IMG/VR virus record: IMGVR_UViG_3300042013_000067
Coordinates: 32,001-96,000 of that record
Direction: 5' to 3' (one strand)
Source of the DNA: a virus
Taxonomy: Duplodnaviria > Caudoviricetes
DNA length: 64,000 nucleotides
In this document: positions 44,360-53,766 of the stretch, in pieces
How positions within the stretch are numbered: position 1 is the first letter of the stretch
How the letters are laid out: each line of letters opens with the position of its first letter
Notes under the pieces: generated by a model
What the model was told of the DNA's origin: nothing
What the model saw: only the letters and a program-made list of their open reading frames with translations
The model's database searches: none
Translations under genes and position numbers: made by a program

Positions 44360-45745
44360 ATGAGCAAGCTGCAAAAATACATCGAACGCGTTTCGAACGA
44401 AGACGCCGAAGAACTCCTGCCTGAACTGCCACCAGAAGAGCAAGAGCAGGCTGCGATCATTCAGGAAGAAGAGCTGGACATTCCTGAGCCAGTGGCCGAA
44501 GTTACCCCTGAGCTGATCGAAGACGCCGAGGAAGAAGTCCTCGAAGCCGAAGCCGAAGTCGCTCCGATGCCAGAAGCCATCGAAGAAGTCAGCGAAATCG
44601 AAGCCGAAGTCGGCGACGAGATCGCCTCGATCGAAGAATACACCGCGATCTTGAAACACGGCCTGCGCACCAATACCTTCTCGCCTCAGTTCGCGGCCAA
44701 AGCCCAGGGCGAAATCAAACGTCTGTCCGATACCTTCGGTGACGAAAAGGTTGCTGTCTCGCTCGAAGACTTCAGCGGCGACAACCTGAAGGAATATTAC
44801 ACCGTGTCGCTGGAAACCTTCAGTGGTTTCGCCAAGCGTCTGTCGGACGTACTGTTCAACGCCACCAAATCCCTGGCCGACAAAATCAACACCAAGTGGG
44901 GCCACGACAACTACCTGAAGAAAGCTCAGGCGCTGAACCTGCGTGCTGACGCTGTCTTGTCGGGTTCCGCCAAAGGCGAACCTGTCACGGTCAAAGGCAA
45001 GGTTGTTGCTCGTCAGTTCCAGATCGGCGGTGAGTTCAACGGCAACCCGCTGGAATCCATGAACCGCGACATGCGTTTCCTGTCGGGCGAAGGTTCCAAA
45101 CTGGTCCGCTCGATCGACGTCTACCTGGGTAAAACCATGGACGTTATCGAATCCGCAGTCAAAGACGGTGGTGTTGGCAAAACCGGCGATATCGTGGCTA
45201 AGGTCCTGGACCTGAAGCGTCCAGCCGACGAGCTGTCCGAGCAAGCCTACAAGGGTGCAATGGCTGGCGGTCTGATCTTCGTGAAAGCGCAAGACAAGGC
45301 CAAAGAAGGCGACCGTCGTGCTGCCTACAAAGACATCACCCGTGGCGCTATCCCAGGCACCGGCAGTGTTGGCTTCAAAGGCGACGCTGCTGACGTTACC
45401 GTCGACAAGCCAACCGCTGACAAGCTGGCCAAGTCCGCCAAGGCGTACGTAGCTCTGGCTCTGAAAGTGGTTGAAGCCAACGGCCTGAAGTCCCTCCAGA
45501 CTTTCTACCGTCGTATCGAAACCCAGCAGCGCGCGGTGAGTTCGGCTAACGCCACTTCCTGGAGCGAGAACAAGGACCTGAACACTCTGGCCAGCAAACT
45601 GCTGGACATGGGTCAACAGCAGTTTGCTGTTTACTACACCCTGCTGAACACTGCGTTCTCGAACGCAGAGCACGCCATTGCTCTGGCCGAGAAAGCCGTG
45701 ACCAAAGGCGAAAGCAAAGCTGCCGCCCCTGCTGCTGCCGAGTAA
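44360..45745 (+). CDS. Abundant inner-body / ejection protein paralogue 3
   Basis: MSKLQKYIERVSNED, very acidic propeptide, VSLEDF and VSLETF sites, codon bias comparable to the capsid gene. Confidence 0.8.
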   Translation: MSKLQKYIERVSNEDAEELLPELPPEEQEQAAIIQEEELDIPEPVAEVTPELIEDAEEEVLEAEAEVAPMPEAIEEVSEIEAEVGDEIASIEEYTAILKHGLRTNTFSPQFAAKAQGEIKRLSDTFGDEKVAVSLEDFSGDNLKEYYTVSLETFSGFAKRLSDVLFNATKSLADKINTKWGHDNYLKKAQALNLRADAVLSGSAKGEPVTVKGKVVARQFQIGGEFNGNPLESMNRDMRFLSGEGSKLVRSIDVYLGKTMDVIESAVKDGGVGKTGDIVAKVLDLKRPADELSEQAYKGAMAGGLIFVKAQDKAKEGDRRAAYKDITRGAIPGTGSVGFKGDAADVTVDKPTADKLAKSAKAYVALALKVVEANGLKSLQTFYRRIETQQRAVSSANATSWSENKDLNTLASKLLDMGQQQFAVYYTLLNTAFSNAEHAIALAEKAVTKGESKAAAPAAAE

Positions 45746-45762
45746 TCGGTAAACGCAGAAAA

Positions 45763-45790
45763 CATAAAGGAGCCTTCGGGCTCCTTTATG
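45763..45790 (+). terminator. Perfect CATAAAG-family terminator
   Basis: CATAAAGGAGCC-TTCG-GGCTCCTTTATG, 12-bp perfect stem. Confidence 0.85.
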
Positions 45791-45836
45791 CCGTCTTGAC
45801 CAGATCTTATAGACAGACTTTGAACGAGGACCCATC

Positions 45837-47519
45837 ATGCCAAAAGGTCTTATCCCCATCGCTGCTTCCCACATCTCGGTGGGTCGTCGTGTTGCAGTGA
45901 ACATCATCCAGCATTTAACTGAGTTGATGGGCCTGCCTGAAACCACTCAGGTGTTCCTGCCTGGACAAACCCAAGCGATCCCTCTGAACAATGCCGAGTT
46001 CGGTAACTGTTGCTCCACGAGCCATACGTTCCCAGGCGATAGCCGTATGACGGTTACGGTGATTGAAGAGGCAGAGGAAGACCATGCCTTACCTACTTCA
46101 GTGATCGATAAACAAAACCGTCCGATCATCGAAGACAAGATCCATAACGTCGCCGTATACCCAACTTACCGCTATGTAAAGATGACTTGCAACATCGAGT
46201 TCGTGGCGGCTAGTTCGACACAGGCGGCTCGTTGGCTCGATGACATGCGCGCGATGTTCTCCGCAGGGCGCACTGAGAACATCCATGACCTCGAATACTA
46301 CTATCAACTACCCGATGGCTTGACCTTTGTATTAAAGGCCTGCCATGACGCTCTGATGAAGTCTCCGTGGCCCATCACTGAAACGTTCGAAGACTGGGTG
46401 GTGGGTAAGCTGGTTAATGGGGCGTACCCTAAAGACCTGACGACGCTGATCGGTACACACCACACCTTGGCGATTGCTGAACACCAGTATGAAGTCTTGG
46501 GTTGGTTCGATTGGACCACTACACCAGAAACCCCGGAGCGTTCTTCGGATGGTTCGGGTAGCTACACGGTAAACCTGAATTACCAGATTGGTTATGGCCG
46601 TCCTACCCACGTCTTTATCGAATACCCATTCATCCTCAATCAGTTCCCGATCGCCAAGAAGTTCCGTCACACGGAACCGTACTGGTTCTATCGGGATCGT
46701 AAGCGCAAGGTCAGTATCACCAAAGAAGCCTTCGATGAATTCCGGTTCATCCAAGATAACGCCGGTGCAGTACCTTACGTGCATTACCCTAACACCAACG
46801 ATTGGTATCCACCACCCGATCAGAAGCTCGGCTATGCGCTGCCTCTCTTTACTGGGTTGGTGATGCTCAGTGCTGATGACCAACAGACCTTGATGGATCT
46901 GTCGGAGCTGGGGACATGCCGGTTCACCCCGCATTTCCTTGAGTACTTCTTCGCTCAGGGTAATGATGCTCTCGATGGTCTTAACGCGGTGTTCGAGTTC
47001 CGACTGTGGAAAAACAATGAACTCCTGCGGGGGGCTAAACTCCAGTTCAAGCCGGGTACGCTAAAGATCCAGTCGGTTAAACCTTTGGACCCGCAGTTCA
47101 TGTACCACGTTCAGATCTGCATTAAGCGCAATTGGGCATTGGTGAAGCCATCTGTGGTGACCTGCCTGCGCAATTGGCCTACAGTGGCCTTCACGCTGCT
47201 CAAGGTGCTCGGTGTACGTTTGGGTGGGGCTACCCTACTGTCTGAGCTGCAGCTCATCGCAGCGAACGCTCCAAGGCTTAATGCGGCTCCTTGCCGGGGT
47301 GAGGGTTATTTGTTGCCTGAAACCACCCCACCTGAGGTTAAGTGGGGTCTGCATCCAGACGACGTGTTCATTAAGAACGGTGTCGTTCGAGCCAGTGAGC
47401 TGGAACAAGCGGTGAAGGACACAGACACCATTGCCGAGAATTACATTAACTACAACACCATCGGTCCGCTGACGGTGATGTTCTTCGATATCTTGACCTT
47501 CCGTAATCCTAGCAAGTAG
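45837..47519 (+). CDS. Virion structural protein (phiKZ gp98-like)
   Basis: 560 aa, GAGGA SD, synteny. Confidence 0.7.
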   Translation: MPKGLIPIAASHISVGRRVAVNIIQHLTELMGLPETTQVFLPGQTQAIPLNNAEFGNCCSTSHTFPGDSRMTVTVIEEAEEDHALPTSVIDKQNRPIIEDKIHNVAVYPTYRYVKMTCNIEFVAASSTQAARWLDDMRAMFSAGRTENIHDLEYYYQLPDGLTFVLKACHDALMKSPWPITETFEDWVVGKLVNGAYPKDLTTLIGTHHTLAIAEHQYEVLGWFDWTTTPETPERSSDGSGSYTVNLNYQIGYGRPTHVFIEYPFILNQFPIAKKFRHTEPYWFYRDRKRKVSITKEAFDEFRFIQDNAGAVPYVHYPNTNDWYPPPDQKLGYALPLFTGLVMLSADDQQTLMDLSELGTCRFTPHFLEYFFAQGNDALDGLNAVFEFRLWKNNELLRGAKLQFKPGTLKIQSVKPLDPQFMYHVQICIKRNWALVKPSVVTCLRNWPTVAFTLLKVLGVRLGGATLLSELQLIAANAPRLNAAPCRGEGYLLPETTPPEVKWGLHPDDVFIKNGVVRASELEQAVKDTDTIAENYINYNTIGPLTVMFFDILTFRNPSK

Positions 47520-47527
47520 GTGCTCCC

Positions 47528-48934
47528 ATGACTGGTCTTTTCCGTGAGATGGAACCGGATGAACTGCCGACGCCCCCGGCGCCGGTTAAGGTTCACATTG
47601 AACCGAGGAACTATTCGGGTATCACGATTGATACCGAGTATGTTCCTTCTTCTGCGATTCTGGTGTGGGCTGAAGGCTCCACTTGGAACGTGGATTACTA
47701 TTCACAAGTGTTGGGTACCTCGGTCGAACCTAAGCCGTTGGACCTGCACCTGTCTCCCATCGAACAACAATACCGGCTGCTGCGCAAGATCCCACTGAAG
47801 GTAACTGAAGCACTGACGTGGTCGGTGCAAGACCCTCAGACCAATGTACGGGTTGGTACGGGTGGTGGTTACACTTACCCATTCCTGACGGCTAACGTCG
47901 GCGACATGTTTGTGGCTAACATCGGTGACGGGCAAGTGGGTTTGTTTACCATCACGTCCTCGACACCAGCGACCATCCTGCGTGACTCGGTTTACAAGGT
48001 CGAGTGGATCTGCGTGGGCATGGCCGAAGCGCAGTACATGGAGAACTTGGCTGCCAAGATCATCCAGACGCTGTACTTCTCGATGTCGTCGCTGTCCCGT
48101 GGCTGCGGTCCATTCGTGACTACCGAACAAGCGGCCAAGATTGAGGACTACTCGGCGATCTTGGAAGAACTCATTCGTCGTTACATGACGGACTTCTTGT
48201 CACTGGAACACAACACCTTGTTGGTGCCTGACCAGACCCGCAAAACGTACGATCATTTCGTGACTCGCATCATCTTGAAGATGTTGACTCCACATGACGA
48301 CATGCGTATCCGTAAGGTGCGTGAGCAAAACGTCATGGGTGATCAAGTCATGAAACAACCTACGTTCTGGGACGCGGTGTTGCGCGCTGACCCGGTACAG
48401 CTGTATGGCGGTACTGAGCGTGTACATGTTGTGTCCACCAATAACTTCCGTGGATCACCTCTGCTGCAAGCGATTGGCTTCACCGGGATTCCCTGCATTG
48501 TTTACCCGCAGGAAGTACCGACTGACGTTGATGCGCAGTATGATGGTGAAGACACCCATCGCCCGCTCGGTATTGCTTTTAAGGAAGGCCGTCCACGCCG
48601 TCCTGAGTTGGGTGAGTTCCGTTCTCAAGCCGAACGTAACCTACCCTTCTTCCAGAGCATCCCTGATGACGTGGAAGACATCCCGGTCTGGAAACGTCCA
48701 GCCGATATCCATCCGGTGGTAATCGACGACTACTACGTACTGTCCGAAGGCTTCTATAAACAGTTGCCAGGGCAGTCGAAGCTTGAGTTGTTGACCCGTC
48801 AGTTCTTGAACCATGAAACGCCACACGCGGAGCAGTTCGATGATCTCCTGACTCGTATCTACGATTGGGATAACCTCGAACGGTTTTATTACTATCCGCT
48901 GGTGATTGCGATTCTGAAAACCATGTTGAGGTAA
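47528..48934 (+). CDS. Virion structural protein (phiKZ gp99-like)
   Basis: 468 aa, AGGT SD, synteny. Confidence 0.7.
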   Translation: MTGLFREMEPDELPTPPAPVKVHIEPRNYSGITIDTEYVPSSAILVWAEGSTWNVDYYSQVLGTSVEPKPLDLHLSPIEQQYRLLRKIPLKVTEALTWSVQDPQTNVRVGTGGGYTYPFLTANVGDMFVANIGDGQVGLFTITSSTPATILRDSVYKVEWICVGMAEAQYMENLAAKIIQTLYFSMSSLSRGCGPFVTTEQAAKIEDYSAILEELIRRYMTDFLSLEHNTLLVPDQTRKTYDHFVTRIILKMLTPHDDMRIRKVREQNVMGDQVMKQPTFWDAVLRADPVQLYGGTERVHVVSTNNFRGSPLLQAIGFTGIPCIVYPQEVPTDVDAQYDGEDTHRPLGIAFKEGRPRRPELGEFRSQAERNLPFFQSIPDDVEDIPVWKRPADIHPVVIDDYYVLSEGFYKQLPGQSKLELLTRQFLNHETPHAEQFDDLLTRIYDWDNLERFYYYPLVIAILKTMLR

Positions 48935-48937
48935 GTC

Positions 48938-49495
48938 ATGTACGCCCCAGAGGTCAGTGCAGCAAACCATCTCTTCAACCAGCGCTACCAAGTTGTGATT
49001 CCTCGCAGCTTCATGTTCGGTGAAGAATACATCCGTAAGGTCGGCTACGGTTCTACTAACGATCCTCATGTGGATCGGATGCAGGCGAGCAGCCTTGTGA
49101 ATGTGCAGCAGACAATTGCAGGGTTGGCTTACCTGTTTTGTCAAGGTGCTGAACCTCTGCTGGCGGACGAGACAGAATGCGTCCCTATCTACAAGGCAAT
49201 CGTTAAACACTTAAGCGATTGGCGGGATTTCTCCTACCAAGGACTGAACCCTGATTATTGCCCACCGATGATTGACTTCCATGCGTTTGAACGACTGGCG
49301 GTCTATTATCACTATCGGGTGCAAGAACTCGAACCCGTGGCGCAGTCCAACAGTAAACTGCGTGACGCGGTACTTAACATGAACCGTGGTGGCATGCGTT
49401 CAGTGAACCGTGCGGCTACGTCCCAAGACGAACCCCATATCAAGCCCTTCGTCTCGATTGCCGATGACATCGAGAGAAACCTCTACGGAGACTAA
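48938..49495 (+). CDS. Conserved protein (phiKZ gp100-like)
   Basis: 185 aa, GAGGT SD, synteny. Confidence 0.7.
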   Translation: MYAPEVSAANHLFNQRYQVVIPRSFMFGEEYIRKVGYGSTNDPHVDRMQASSLVNVQQTIAGLAYLFCQGAEPLLADETECVPIYKAIVKHLSDWRDFSYQGLNPDYCPPMIDFHAFERLAVYYHYRVQELEPVAQSNSKLRDAVLNMNRGGMRSVNRAATSQDEPHIKPFVSIADDIERNLYGD

Positions 49496-49497
49496 TC

Positions 49498-50862
49498 GTG
49501 TCTACTGACAATACGTTGATCAACACGGAGATGACAGAAGTGCGTGCCAGTGGTCTGGGTGCGCATTACTACATCAAAGTGCAGCTACTGGTAAACAAGC
49601 AGTGGCTGAAACCCATTAAGCTGGATCTGTATTCAGTGGACCGGGACTATGAGTCTGGTTACGCGGATATCCGCGTGCTGAGCTTCATGATGCTGTTGGG
49701 TGTATACACCTTCGATGTACTGCCCTATCGTAATGACATTGCGGTGGATGTCACTTACGTACCGGTTGGTGAAACAGGTGCGGGGCAGGTGTCTACCCAG
49801 CGTAGTTTCACTCGGCGTTACAAAGGTTTCTTGATGGATCCATCGGATGCCTCGATGACCACCAACGTTAGTAACCAAGGCACTAAGCAGGCTTTGGACA
49901 ACCAGATGCCCAAGCAAGTGGAGATGCAACTGGTCGAAGAATACGTCTACGACATGCAAATGCGGTCGGTAGGCACCAAGTTCCGCAATATGACGCCCTA
50001 TGACGCTCTCCTGACCATTTTAAACCGTTCTACGGCCTACATGGAAGGGAAAGACGAGAAACGCATTCTAGGGGTCCATCCGGTCGGTACACCCAATACT
50101 GAGAAACGCACCCAGATCACCATTCCACACGGCAAGAAGATTGGGGAAGCGGCGAGCATCCTGCAAAACGATGAGGGTGGGGTGTTCTCAGCAGGACTAG
50201 GTTGCTACCTGCAAGATCAGTATTGGTTTGTCTATCCGCTGTACGACACCAACCATGCTTCGAAGAAGACCCGTACTGTCACGATCTACTGTGTCCCCAC
50301 TGACCGTTACGACGGGACTGAGCGGACCTATCGGCAAACCGATAACCGTTTGATCATCCTAGCTTCTGGTGATGCTGCATCGCTCAGCTTGTCTGATAAC
50401 TCCCACGTACAGTCCGGTAACGGCTTGCGCTTCTTGGACGCCCGTAAGCTGTTGAATGGGTTTGCTACCAACAACGGCAATCGGATGTTGATCGATAAAG
50501 CCACGAACGTATTTGAGATAGCGGCTAAAAATATCACTGAAGGCATTAACAATATACAGTGGTCCGGCAAGTCCATCAGCTCGAACCCTTTTGTTCACTA
50601 CAGTGCGATTGCACGTATGAACGGGCGCATCCAAACTGTGGAGTGGCGACACGGGGACGGGGACCTGCTACGGCCTGGGGATCTGGTAGAGTTCTATTCT
50701 ATCGCCCAAGGCAAGATCAACAAGTTCAAAGGGGTATTGTTGGGTACGCGTGAACAACGCAACGCAGCAGAACCCGGTATGGTCGTCACCCGCCATCACG
50801 GGGTGGTGAGCTTGAAACTGTTTATTGAAACTCCAACTACCGAAACTACCGCGGGGGCATAA
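49498..50862 (+). CDS. Virion structural protein, possible baseplate hub (phiKZ gp101-like)
   Basis: 454 aa, GTG start, beta-rich; synteny; hub fold is inference. Confidence 0.62.
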   Translation: MSTDNTLINTEMTEVRASGLGAHYYIKVQLLVNKQWLKPIKLDLYSVDRDYESGYADIRVLSFMMLLGVYTFDVLPYRNDIAVDVTYVPVGETGAGQVSTQRSFTRRYKGFLMDPSDASMTTNVSNQGTKQALDNQMPKQVEMQLVEEYVYDMQMRSVGTKFRNMTPYDALLTILNRSTAYMEGKDEKRILGVHPVGTPNTEKRTQITIPHGKKIGEAASILQNDEGGVFSAGLGCYLQDQYWFVYPLYDTNHASKKTRTVTIYCVPTDRYDGTERTYRQTDNRLIILASGDAASLSLSDNSHVQSGNGLRFLDARKLLNGFATNNGNRMLIDKATNVFEIAAKNITEGINNIQWSGKSISSNPFVHYSAIARMNGRIQTVEWRHGDGDLLRPGDLVEFYSIAQGKINKFKGVLLGTREQRNAAEPGMVVTRHHGVVSLKLFIETPTTETTAGA

Positions 50863-50893
50863 AGCCCCCTGTGGTACCTCTGGACTTTTTATG
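50853..50893 (+). terminator. Degenerate CATAAAG-family element at the core/accessory boundary
   Basis: CATAAAG...CTTTTTATG flanks kept, internal stem broken; alternative GGGGGC-ATAAA-GCCCCC hairpin. Confidence 0.45.
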
Positions 50894-51295
50894 CCCGATC
50901 CCAGAAGTATGTTCATTAAAGTTGATCCGGTGTGGTCTTACACTTACGCTGGTACCGCTAAAGATTTCCTCGAACTAGACTCGTACATACTGGCCAATCT
51001 GTATCGGGTGGCCTGTGAGTACGTGGTGATACGCCACAATTTTATCTCGGGGCATATCGACAACAACCGCTTCACCACCATCGTCGGGGCTATATTCCGC
51101 GACTACGAACACGACACTACTCTGCATGGTGTAATAAAGTACTATGCTGAGGATCTATATAGGCGTGTCCGTCCAGTGCTGGACGTTCACCGGAACATGC
51201 TGCAAAAGATCCTGTTTAACAATGACGATCGTGGCGAGGTCAATGGCCTAATCTTCGAATACGTCGTTTGGCCTCAGTCGACTTCATTGCATTAA
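50891..51295 (+). CDS. Hypothetical protein
   Basis: 134-aa ORF from ATG 50891. Confidence 0.6.
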   Translation: MPDPRSMFIKVDPVWSYTYAGTAKDFLELDSYILANLYRVACEYVVIRHNFISGHIDNNRFTTIVGAIFRDYEHDTTLHGVIKYYAEDLYRRVRPVLDVHRNMLQKILFNNDDRGEVNGLIFEYVVWPQSTSLH

Positions 51296-51299
51296 GTTT

Positions 51300-51313
51300 G
51301 AGAACTATATAGT
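51300..51313 (+). promoter_or_regulatory. Putative early promoter, GAGAACTATATAGT copy 1
   Basis: Identical 14-mer at 51766; contains palindrome ACTATATAGT; 30 nt upstream of an ATG. Confidence 0.55.
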
Positions 51314-51342
51314 GCTGTTGATGTACAACTGGAGTAACACTA

Positions 51343-51720
51343 ATGGGTAAGCTCGGAGGTGGTGCGTTTGTGTTTCTTGTAATCATCGGCTTAATGGTCG
51401 CTGGTGGTCACATGATCCTCAACGGTATCAAACGGTTCTTCAATCGCAGTAAGCGGGCAGCATCTGTTTATGACAAGATGAACCTGCTGATGACTCAGCT
51501 TAAACAAGAGGGTTTCTTTGAACCCTCAGCTGAACCTGAAATGATTCATAACCGTGCTGTATCTGAAGCACTCTCAGAATCCTCGAAAGAGGAGGGTTTC
51601 TTCTGGGGCATCAGTAAACGTAACATCTTCATTAAAGAGAACCCCTATGAAGATCGCTACGACACGATACTGGTGTATGGCAATAAAAGCATTGGGTTCA
51701 ATTGGCGAGGGCAGCTGTAA
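51343..51720 (+). CDS. Hypothetical protein with N-terminal membrane anchor
   Basis: 125 aa, GGAG SD, hydrophobic AFVFLVIIGLMVAGG. Confidence 0.7.
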   Translation: MGKLGGGAFVFLVIIGLMVAGGHMILNGIKRFFNRSKRAASVYDKMNLLMTQLKQEGFFEPSAEPEMIHNRAVSEALSESSKEEGFFWGISKRNIFIKENPYEDRYDTILVYGNKSIGFNWRGQL

Positions 51721-51733
51721 AGCTGCCTTTATG
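51707..51733 (+). terminator. Stem-loop terminator overlapping the stop codon
   Basis: AGGGGCAGCT-GTAA-AGCTGCCTTT then ATG. Confidence 0.6.
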
Positions 51734-51765
51734 CCGTAGACGAAGAACTTGATTGAAATAAAAGT

Positions 51766-51779
51766 GAGAACTATATAGT
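51766..51779 (+). promoter_or_regulatory. Putative early promoter, GAGAACTATATAGT copy 2
   Basis: Identical to 51300-51313, preceded by an A-rich tract. Confidence 0.55.
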
Positions 51780-51839
51780 CTTGGTGAATTAGGAGCAATG
51801 TAGCCCTAATCATCTTCCCCTTTTCAGGAGTAACATCTA

Positions 51840-52055
51840 ATGAACATGATCAAAACTGCTTTCGCTAAAGTTAAGCCATTCGCCAAAACCGCTGGCATCG
51901 TTGCCGGTAGTGCTGTGGTCGCTGGTGGTGCCTACTTGGCCTACCAAGCTCTGCGTGGTGGTGGTGCAGAAGCAGCAGCGGAAGCTGTGAGCGCAGTGGC
52001 TGACGCCGCTGCTGAAACCGTGACCAATGCTGTAGCAGCCGCCCTGCGCGGTTGA
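51840..52055 (+). CDS. Small Ala-rich single-pass membrane protein
   Basis: 71 aa, CAGGAG SD, AGIVAGSAVVAGGAYLAY hydrophobic segment, strongly biased codons. Confidence 0.8.
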   Translation: MNMIKTAFAKVKPFAKTAGIVAGSAVVAGGAYLAYQALRGGGAEAAAEAVSAVADAAAETVTNAVAAALRG

Positions 52056-52061
52056 TATAGT

Positions 52062-52104
52062 AGGGGTGGGGCCTTCGGGCCCCATTCCCTGTTTTTCCTT
52101 TTTT
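52062..52104 (+). terminator. Canonical Rho-independent terminator
   Basis: AGGGGTGGGGCC-TTCG-GGCCCCATTCCCT plus long T tract. Confidence 0.85.
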
Positions 52105-52118
52105 GTTAGGAGTGCGTC

Positions 52119-52499
52119 ATGTCAGAAGAAAACCTGTCGTCGGATCCTGAACAGATCAAGGCGACGTTAGCAGCATTGGCTGCAAAGTACGGCGAGCACC
52201 TTCGCAAGTTCAGTGAACTTAAACCCGGTACCATTCTCAAAGTGTACCGTAACCACAGTAACCCACTCGCCCATCCCTACGTGGAGAACTGGGTTGAACA
52301 ACTGGCGGTGGTGATCGAGATCCAACCTGTGTTCGTCTGGGTATACAACACCCCACATCAGCTACCAAAGATGGCCGCCCTCAAGTTCGAGGATCGTGTC
52401 TTGGTTCAGGTTGAAGATGCTGGTAGTGAACCACGCTTGCTTTCCATGTATGGCAAATGGGAAGTGTACAACACTGATGCAGCTCCTAGCGCACTGTGA
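52119..52499 (+). CDS. Hypothetical protein
   Basis: 126 aa, AGGAG SD. Confidence 0.75.
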   Translation: MSEENLSSDPEQIKATLAALAAKYGEHLRKFSELKPGTILKVYRNHSNPLAHPYVENWVEQLAVVIEIQPVFVWVYNTPHQLPKMAALKFEDRVLVQVEDAGSEPRLLSMYGKWEVYNTDAAPSAL

Positions 52500-52941
52500 T
52501 CTGTTTGAGACCCCAGGCGATGTTCGAGTCATTACGGTAAACTGTAAAGGCGCTATGGGTCTGGGTGTTGCACAGACCTTTCGAGATCGCTATAAAAAGC
52601 AATACTGGGAATACAAGCGCCGTTGCCATGGTGGCTTTGTACACCTAGGGGTGCCTGAACTGATTGTTACCGATGACGGACTTAAGTGGTTGTTGTTTCC
52701 CACTAAGTACGATTGGCGACACGCTTCAGAATACCACTGGATTCATTGGGGTCTTCAGTTTATCATCGAGAATATCGGTGAACCCGACTTCGTACAACAC
52801 GACGAGAAGATCGTGTTCCCGCCTTTAGGGTGTGGACATGGGCAATTAGACTTCCGTCATATTCACCGACTCATGGGCATGTTCGATGGACACGTCCCAA
52901 ACCCTATCGTACTTATAGCACCACAGGACTACGACATATGA
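52477..52941 (+). CDS. DarG/TARG1-like macrodomain ADP-ribosylhydrolase
   Basis: DLFE...[44 protein letters not shown] match the DarG macrodomain, including the FPTK lysine. Confidence 0.85.
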   Translation: MQLLAHCDLFETPGDVRVITVNCKGAMGLGVAQTFRDRYKKQYWEYKRRCHGGFVHLGVPELIVTDDGLKWLLFPTKYDWRHASEYHWIHWGLQFIIENIGEPDFVQHDEKIVFPPLGCGHGQLDFRHIHRLMGMFDGHVPNPIVLIAPQDYDI

Positions 52942-53384
52942 AGCCACTACGTCAAGCAGTTTACTCCAGCCGTACTGCAGACAAGTTCGTTGTGCGTCTG
53001 CCGGATGGCATGCGTGAGAAGATCAGCGAACGTGCACGGCTTAACCACCGCTCGATGAACTCACAGATCGTGGCCACACTGGAGAAAGATCTGGCAATCG
53101 AGTTGACCGAGGCAGAGCGGGCATTGTTGGAACAGGAAGCACATACCCGCAACGACGTCACTACACCGGTGTCAGTGGGTATGTTGGCCTATTATCACTT
53201 CGACGAGAAACCCGACGAGTTTTCCTTGGGTGTGATCACCGCCATTGCTGTAAGCTTCGACGACAAGGTATTGGTTACCTTCGACATCTCGCCTAAGCAG
53301 TGGCCTACCAACATCGTCGGTTCACTCAACGGCGACCCACGCCGCTGGTTCCCAATTGCCAACATCAAACCTTTCCTGATCTAA
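52938..53384 (+). CDS. amrZ: AmrZ/AlgZ-like Arc-family ribbon-helix-helix regulator with a novel C-terminal domain
   Basis: [49 protein letters not shown] closely matches the Pseudomonas AmrZ N-terminus; ATGA overlap. Confidence 0.88.
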   Translation: MKPLRQAVYSSRTADKFVVRLPDGMREKISERARLNHRSMNSQIVATLEKDLAIELTEAERALLEQEAHTRNDVTTPVSVGMLAYYHFDEKPDEFSLGVITAIAVSFDDKVLVTFDISPKQWPTNIVGSLNGDPRRWFPIANIKPFLI

Positions 53385-53400
53385 CCACAAGGGGCGTTAT

Positions 53401-53766
53401 ATGGATCAGCTTATGGCTGCCTACGAGCAGCTGCTTGCTGTCTACGATGTGTTACACGGAATGGCGCAACAGAACATTCTCGTGATCCTCATCGTTAACG
53501 CCCTGACTACCTTTGCCTTGGCTTTTGCCAAAGCATTCCAGTCCCGCAACATCGTACTGGGTCACTACTGGGCTGCGTACGTTACGTCTTGGGGTGTCAC
53601 TACCCTTGAGGTAACGAACATCAGTCTGATTGTGGTAGGTGGTTGGTGGTTGATATTCTCCGCCGGGTTCGGCGGTTCCCTAGGTTGTGTGGTCGCCATG
53701 GCCATGCACGAAAAATACTTCATGACGCGAAAGCTTGCCGAGGAGGCAAACCATGAAAAATACTAA
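53401..53766 (+). CDS. Multi-pass small membrane protein
   Basis: 121 aa, three hydrophobic segments. Confidence 0.7.
   Translation: MDQLMAAYEQLLAVYDVLHGMAQQNILVILIVNALTTFALAFAKAFQSRNIVLGHYWAAYVTSWGVTTLEVTNISLIVVGGWWLIFSAGFGGSLGCVVAMAMHEKYFMTRKLAEEANHEKY

Noticed and set aside
37772-45946. Long antisense ORFs of 480-541 aa (37772-39376, 41530-42972, 44321-45946)
   Set aside because: All mirror highly expressed head genes with biased codons
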